Positions 55,981 to 64,000 of a stretch of 64,000 nucleotides of DNA are shown here, one piece after another. The translations under genes were made by a program, and so were the position numbers. The notes beneath the pieces are model-generated. The model was not told the DNA's origin, did no database searches, and saw only the letters and a program-made list of their open reading frames with translations. The DNA comes from Octopus sinensis (lineage: Eukaryota): contig NC_042999.1 in NCBI RefSeq assembly GCF_006345805.1, forward strand, positions 154,814,001-154,878,000, read 5' to 3'. Each line of letters opens with the position of its first letter. Positions within the stretch are counted from its first letter, which is position 1.

Positions 55981-56115
55981 TTCAATTCTATAATTTGTTA
56001 ACCTTTAATGAATAAGGTTATCGATTATTTGAATAATTGTACGATGATTCACTCAGATACTCGGGTTTGTGAGAGCCTTTTCGTCACCATTGCGCGACCC
56101 GGTCAATAACATGGC

Positions 56116-56642
<527 letters not shown>

Positions 56643-56689
56643 CCTAGCTTAAAGATTTTATGTGTATTTTTATAGGGATGTGAATGAGA

Positions 56690-56978
56690 TCAGGCCGAAA
56701 ATGTCGCTAGAAGCTAGGATCACCAAGCATAGATTGGCATATATCGGTCATATTATGCGGAGAAAGTCCCTGGAGTAGGACATCATGCTCGGAATGGTCA
56801 GTGGCAAGAGAGGAAGATGCCGACCAAGAACCCGCTGGCTTGACACCATCAAGAGTGATACCGGAATGGACGTAGCCAATCTGAAAGAAGCAACCCAGGA
56901 TAGAACTGACTGGAGGACACTGATCCATGGAGTAACCGAGAATCGAGTTCGACTGAGCGGATCGAGAGATGGTGAATG
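56690..56978 (+). pseudogene. BovB-like RTE LINE 3' fragment
   Basis: YIGHIMRRKSLE*DIMLGMVSGKRGRCRPRTRWLDTIK...DRTDWRTLIHGVTENRVRLSG. Confidence 0.8.
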
Positions 56979-57130
56979 AGAAGCTGAGAAAGACAAGCGG
57001 ATAGGGAGAGAAAGGGAAAGAGAGAAAGAGAGAGATAGATTGATAGAGAGAGAGAAAGAGAGAGGTAGATTGATAGAGAGAGAGAAAGCGAGAGACAGAC
57101 TGAGGGAGAGAGAAAGAGAGAGGGAAAGAA

Positions 57131-57831
<701 letters not shown>

Positions 57832-58052
57832 AGAGCGCGTTATTGTGTGTCTGTGTCAGAGCGCGTTATTGTGTGTCTGTGTGTCTGTGTGTGTATGTGT
57901 GCGCGTGCGGTTACGCGCCTGGGTTCAAAGGTGAGCACTTTGTGTGTGCGACAAAACATGTCTGTGTATGTATGACTGTGTGTGTGTATGTGTGTGGCCA
58001 CTCCCATATACGAGTGTCTGGTGTAGGTTTTGTGAAAGGTGCGAATGCTTAG

Positions 58053-61000
58053 TCATTCATTTCTTTAGATGTTGTTGGCATCCTTTCTGTCTCGGGAGAC
58101 AATGGAGTTGCGCATAAAGTAGTCTAGTACGGCTTTTATATTTCATGTCCTGATACATTTCCTGCTGTGGCTGTGTAGTCCTATCCTGGACAAACACTCC
58201 CTCTGGCAGGTACCGCAAATGTAGCGAAGACTGTTCCTGGCTGGTTGTAATGTCATAGTCTCTTGTTGACGTCTCTTCTTTTCTTTCCATTTCTCCTCTC
58301 TCTCTCTCTCTGTCACTCCTTTGTATTCCCTCTTTTACGGTACGTCGCCATTCTCCACGGTTGCCGGCAACTGCCTCCCAACCGCTAATATTGATGTTGC
58401 AGGCCTTCATGTCCCTTTTGCAAACATCCTTGTAACGTAAGATCGGTCTACCCACAGACCTAGTACCCCTAGCAAGCTCTCCGTAGAGTATGTCCTTGGG
58501 GATTCTGCCATCTTTCATACGGCTAACATGCCCAAGCCATCTCATACGTCTTTGTGTGAGGAGTGCAAACATGCTTGGTATTCCTGCTTGCCTGAGGACA
58601 TCTTTGTTGGTGATATGATTCTGCCATTTGGTGCGGAGGATCTTTCGGAGGCAGCGCAGGTGAAAGATGTTTAGGCGACGCTCTTGGCGTGTGTATAGCG
58701 TCCAGGTCTCACTTCCATACAGTAGAGTGCTGAGTACACATGCCTGGCAGATATTCATTTTCGTGGTCTTGGTCAGCTTATTGTTGTCCCAAGCCCGTTT
58801 GGAGAGTTGGGCCATCGCAGCAGCTGCCTTGCCAATGCGTATATTGAGCTCAGCGTCAAGGGATAGGTTGTAGGTGACGGTAGAGCCCAGATAGGTAAAC
58901 TTCTCCACCTCTTGTAATCTGTGGTCTCCAATATGTATGTTTGGGATGTCCGATGTAGCCTAGCCCATGATGTTGGTCTTCTTAAGGCTGATAGCTAAGC
59001 CAAAGTCGTTACATGCTTGCTCAAAACAGTTAATGAGCCTTTGGAGGGCTTCTTCTCTGTGTGTTACCAGAGCGGCATCATCAGCAAATAACATCTCCTT
59101 GATCAGGACGTTTCTGATTTTGGTCTTGGCACGCAGGCGCGAGAGATTGAACAGTTTCCCGTCACTTCTACTGTGCAGAAACACTCCATCATCTGATGTC
59201 TGAAAGGCATGTGAAAGTAAGAGCGAGAAGAAGATGCCAAACAATATAGGAGCGAGGACACAACCTTGCTTTACCCCGTTTTTTATTTGGAAGGCGGCTG
59301 ATGTTGAACCGTTGTGCTGTATGGTGCCTTGCATGTCATCATGGAAAGACTTGACGATCCTCAGCAGCTTTGGTGGACATCCGATTTTTTGGAGCAGGAT
59401 GAAGAGGCCTGTTCTGCTTACCGAGTCCAAAGCCTTTGCTAGATCAATGAAGGCCATATATAACGGCATTTTCTGCTCTCTGGACTTCTCCTGAAGTTGG
59501 CGTATGGAGAATATCATATCGATAGTTGATCTGTTTCTTCTAAAGTCACACTGCGATTCCGGATAGATTCGAGAAGCAAGTAGTTGTAGTCTGGCCAGGG
59601 TAATGCGGGCAAAGGTCTTTCCAACAGTGCTTAGAAGGGATATACCACAGTAATTGTTACAATCACCACGGTCACCTTTGTTTTTGTAAAGCGTGATGAT
59701 GTTAGCATCCCGCATATCCTGAGGGACTGTACCCTCTTCCCAGCACTGACACAGAAGCTCATGAAGGTGCCGAAGCAGGATGGTGTTTTTGCCGGCTTTG
59801 ATGATCTCTGAGGGGATGCTGTCTTTTCCCGGAGCCTTATTTCTTGCTAGGGAGTCAACAGCCTTGGTGAGCTCTGCTATAGATGGCGGACTGTCAAGTT
59901 CGCACATGACTGGCAAGATCTTGACACTCTCGACTGCAGCCTCAGCCACTGTAGTCTCCCGTGAGTAGAGATCCTGGTAGTGCTCCACCCATCTATCCAT
60001 TTGCTTGCCTTGATCCCTGATGAGATCTCCAGTAGTTGATTTCAGAGGGGCTGACTTGGTTGCGGATGGACCGAGGGCCTTCTTCAAACCGGCATACATC
60101 CCACGGGTGTCGCTCCTGTCAGCAGCTGACTGGATACTCTGACAGATTTCCTGCCAATACCTATTTGCACAGCGTCTGGCTGTCAGTTGGGTTTTATTTC
60201 GTGCCTTTCTGAGTTCTTCGAGTGACTTTGTAGAAGAGTCACTCTTGTATTGCATCAGAGCTGCACGCTTTGCTTCGATAACTGGCTCCAGCCCTGAGAG
60301 CCCAGCATTGAACCAATCTGGGTTTTGCCTTTCTCTCGTGCCGAAAGTATCCATTGATGTCGTATACAAGGCTTCCCTGATATAGTCCCACCTACTTTCA
60401 GCAGAGGAGGTTGGGCAGCTACTGAGGGCAACCTTGATAGAAGCAGCAAAACATTTTCGCAGTGTAGGGTCCGAGGTTCTGGCGGTGTTGATGCGTGGTC
60501 GGCCCACTTTCTTGGAGCGATGGACTTTTTTAGGCAGAATCGTCACCCTACTTTTAATTAGTGAGTGGTCTGTGTCACAATCCGCACTGTGGTAACTGCG
60601 GGTCAATGGAGTAGAATTCAGAAAGGATCTCCGTGTAATGATGAGATCCAGCTGATGCCAGTGGTGAGATCTTGGATGTCTCCAGGATGCCTTGTGGGAT
60701 GGCTTGTTGGTAAAGAATGTGTTTGTGATGCACAGGTTGTGGTATGTGCAGAATTTCCAGTAGTCTCTGACCATTGTCATTCATGTTGCCAATACCAAAG
60801 TGTCCGACACAAATGGGCCACGAATCATGGTCAGATCCCACGCGAGCGTGAAAATCCCCTAGAAGGTAGATATTTTCAGTCGCTGGTATATTTTCTATGA
60901 TACAGTTGAGATCTTTGTATAACTGGTCCTTGGTCTCCTCTGAGCTGTAGAGAGTGGGAGCATAGATGCTGAGTAGATGTACTGAGCCAGAAGAAGTCGA

Positions 61001-61440
61001 GAGGCGCAGTGAGAGGATACGCTCAGTGCCTCCCGATGGTGGTTCTATTGGGGAGAGTAGTGAGTTTCTCACTGCAAAGCCAACGCCATGTTGACGAGGT
61101 TCTTCTGGATCTCTTCCCTGCCAAAAGAAGGTGAAATCCTGCTCTTTGAGTTTGCCGTTTGAGGGACGTCTTGTCTCCTGCAGCCCAGCAATATCTATGT
61201 TGAGCCTCTTTAGTTCACGGTCAATGATGGCCGTTTTCCTTGTGTCTTCAATCCTGAGAAGATCATCAGATATTCCAGGACACATGGTCCTGACATTCCA
61301 GCTTGCCAACCGCAGAACTGGTGTTTTCTTGACCATTAGTTGCTTGCCTGGTGCAGAGGTTTCAGGCCGCTTTTCGAGTCATACTCTTAGCTCCAAGCAC
61401 CCAATGGAGCAGGCGGTCCGTGGCGGGTCAGCACCTTATT
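58053..61440 (-). mobile_element. Near full-length RTE-clade LINE (EN-RT-C-terminal Zn motif), about 3 frameshifts
   Basis: ORFs 61336-60575 (SWNVRTM, GLQETR, HGVGFAV, YAPT, GDFHARVG), 60780-58960 (FIDLAKALDSV, GVKQGCVLAP, LFADDAAL), 58908-58057 (YLGS, LLYGSETW, WLGHV); CGTCQREC.SRIGLHSH in a shifted frame. Confidence 0.92.
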
Positions 61441-62029
61441 ATATATTTATTTATATTTTATGGTTAGTGTTTCTATCCTTTTCATGGGCTGCGCGCACGC
61501 GCACGCAACAATGAGTGCGCGTGCGCAACAATGAGTGAGCGCGCGAGCGTGTGGTGTGCGTCAGAGAACGTACGTATGTCTATATACGGGACGGCGCGGA
61601 TCAAATTAAAATCTAATCTCTCTTTCTTTCTTTTACTTGTTTCCGTCATGTGACTGTGGCCATGCTGGAGCACCGCCATTAGTCGAGCAAATCGACCCCA
61701 GGACTTATTCTTTGTAAGCCTAGTACTAATTCTATCGGTCTCATTTGCCGAACCGCTAAGTTCCGAACTACTCAAGATATTTATTAGAATCCCGAAACTA
61801 ACCGACATTTTTGTTTTATCCGGATGTTTTTTTATTAAATGAGTGGTCATTCTTGAAGGCTTCGCTCCTTTGAGAAAGTTTCTTTTTTTTATTTTCCCAA
61901 GACAAACACTTTCATTACTAGTCACTATTAATGAAGGGGAAAAACATATATTTCAAATATCTACATAAAATATTGACGGTTACTTTTCTTTTTCACTCAT
62001 TTACTGCCACATTTACTAGCCACATTAAT

Positions 62030-62402
62030 GGATGCATTCCGTCGGTTACGACGATGAGGGTTCCGGTTGATCCGAATCAACGGAACAGCCTGCTCGTGAA
62101 ATTAACGTGTAAGTGGCTGAGCACTCCACAGACACGAGTACCCTTAACGTAGTTCTCGGGGATATTCAGCGTGACACAGGGAGTGACAAGGCCGGCCCTT
62201 TGAAGTACAGGTACAACAGAAACAGGAAGTAAGAGTGAGAGAAAGTTGTGGTGAAAGAGTACAGCAGGGATCACCACCATCCCCTGCCGGAGCCTCGTGG
62301 AGCTTTAGGTGTTTTCGCTCAATAAACACTCAGAACGCCCGGTCTGGGATCCTATGACCGCGAGTCCGCTGCCCTAACCACTGGGCCATTGCGACTCCAC
62401 TA
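62030..62402 (-). mobile_element. SINE S2 copy
   Basis: Reverse complement of 497-883. Confidence 0.85.
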
Positions 62403-62645
62403 GCCACATTAATATTGATTAGACTAAGAAAGACGAAAACACTTACCACCATGGAGGAATAAATGGAGGAATATCACAAGTGTGTGGCTAAGTGGTTAAA
62501 GAGCTTACTTCCCAACCACAGGGTTTGGGGTTCGGTCCCATTGTATAGCACCCTAGGCAAGCGTCTTCGACTTGAGCCCAGGTCGACCAAAAGTCTTGTG
62601 AGTGGATCTGGTAGTCAGAAGCCGAAAAAAGCCCATATATATATA

Positions 62646-64000
62646 TCTCTTATTATAAAAGGCAGATTTTATCTGCCTCCCTTTGTAACTTATAGAAATC
62701 TACAATATACGATTTCTTCAATTACAATTTACCTAGCATTTTTAAGAGTAGAATGCATCGGGTCATGCCAGGTCCAGTTTTTAAAATTTAAACTCTAATT
62801 AAGCAAAATTTACAGAAAACTCACATTCTGGTGTGTATGTCAAATGCTTTTCTTAGTCTGGTTTACAGCACACGCAAACGCACACACACAGTGTGCAACG
62901 AATAAAGTGAAACTAGATGTAATATTTAAAAAGAAAGCAGCAAACAGAAACAAATAAATACATAATGATTTACTCCTCACACAATTTCTTCAATTAGACT
63001 TTACCTATGATTTTTCAAAGAACTTTCATTGGTTCATGCCATACAAAATTTCTTTCAATTTCACCCCCAATTAAGACAAAATTCGAGAAAACTCAATATT
63101 TTAACATTTCACTTTGAAGCCTTTACTCTGCCTATTACTCCCACTTCCTCTTTAGACACATAGACACGCTAATATATACGACAGTGTCAATTGTTGACAG
63201 ACATTGTAAGCTAACGTGTGTGTGTGTGTGTGTGTGCGTGTGTGTCTGTGTGTGTGTGTGCGTGTGTGTGAGGGTGCGTGTGTGTGTGTGTGTGTGTGTG
63301 ATAGGGACGACCCATTCAGACTGGTCATCCTTTTTGCTAGAAGATCACCTATGCTACACCACTGGTTTTCAGTTCATATTAATCAAATTAATATTCACAA
63401 GAAGAAGGACTATTCATTATAATACATCAGTTCCATCGGACAACTGCACAAACATTTGCCATTTTACACATGTATGTAAACAAATTCCTTTCTTTTAGAA
63501 TTTCAATTCATTTACTTTTTCAATTCATACAAAGTTATTTAGGACGAATATAACATCTAAAGTTATCTCTAAGAAGCAGAAAGATCGCCCAAAAGTGTAT
63601 ATAGATATTTAAATGTATTCATATATTCATCTATACACACATGTATGTATAACGTGTGTGTATATATTTCCATAGAGGTAACCATTCACTCCGCACAAAG
63701 TTTTTTAGGACGAAAATAACATCTAAAGTTATCTTTAAGTAGCAGTCACCCAAAAGTGTATATAGACACACACATGTATGTATAATGTGTGTGTATATAT
63801 TTCCATAGAGGTAACCATTCACTCCATACAAAGTTATTTAGGACGAATATAAGATCTAAAGTTATCTCTAAGAAACAGAAAGATCGCCCAAAAGTGTATA
63901 TAGATATTTAAATGTATTTATATATTCATCTATACACACAAGTATGTATAATGTGTGTGTATATATTTCCATACACGTAACCATTCACTCCATACAAAGT
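62646..64000 (+). mobile_element. Helitron-like family B copy with 166-bp tandem array running off the window
   Basis: A|TC start; ACAAAG anchors at 63529, 63695, 63828 and 63994. Confidence 0.7.

Noticed and set aside
61340-61440. Possible HDV-like ribozyme in the RTE 5'UTR
   Set aside because: Could not construct the P1/P1.1/P3 pseudoknot from the sequence.
61488-61560. NRF1-like GCGCACGCGCA and SOX-like AACAAT motifs upstream of the RTE
   Set aside because: Readily generated by (CG/CA) simple repeats; no other promoter evidence.

Overview
Eukaryotic, AT-rich, microsatellite-dense genomic DNA. The 5S rRNA and the SINE/LINE landscape suggest a cephalopod (octopus-like) genome; this is an inference. 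One host gene is recognisable: GTF3C6 (TFIIIC 35-kDa subunit), minus strand, four coding exons (34149-34111, 30231-30145, 28563-28458, 27941-27772; 133 aa) with consistent splice phases. There are also one dispersed, structurally intact 5S rRNA copy and a few candidate exons of unidentified genes. The rest is mobile DNA: three CR1-type LINE families (one intact ORF2; one full-length element whose ORF1 carries a Myb/SANT-like domain plus two CCCH fingers), a Naiad-like Penelope element, a solo Penelope-type foldback with a canonical hammerhead ribozyme, Tx1, RTE and R4/Dong LINEs, Helitrons, maT and mariner remnants, several MITE families (GG...CC ends, 8-9 bp TSDs, some with internal TTAGGG) and four tRNA-derived or RTE-tailed SINE families (labelled S1-S4 here). 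Positions 1102-17908 appear to be one SINE whose internal (TA)n tract has been inflated by nested insertions. No CRISPR or prokaryotic features were seen. All homology calls come from motif recognition by eye, not from database searches.
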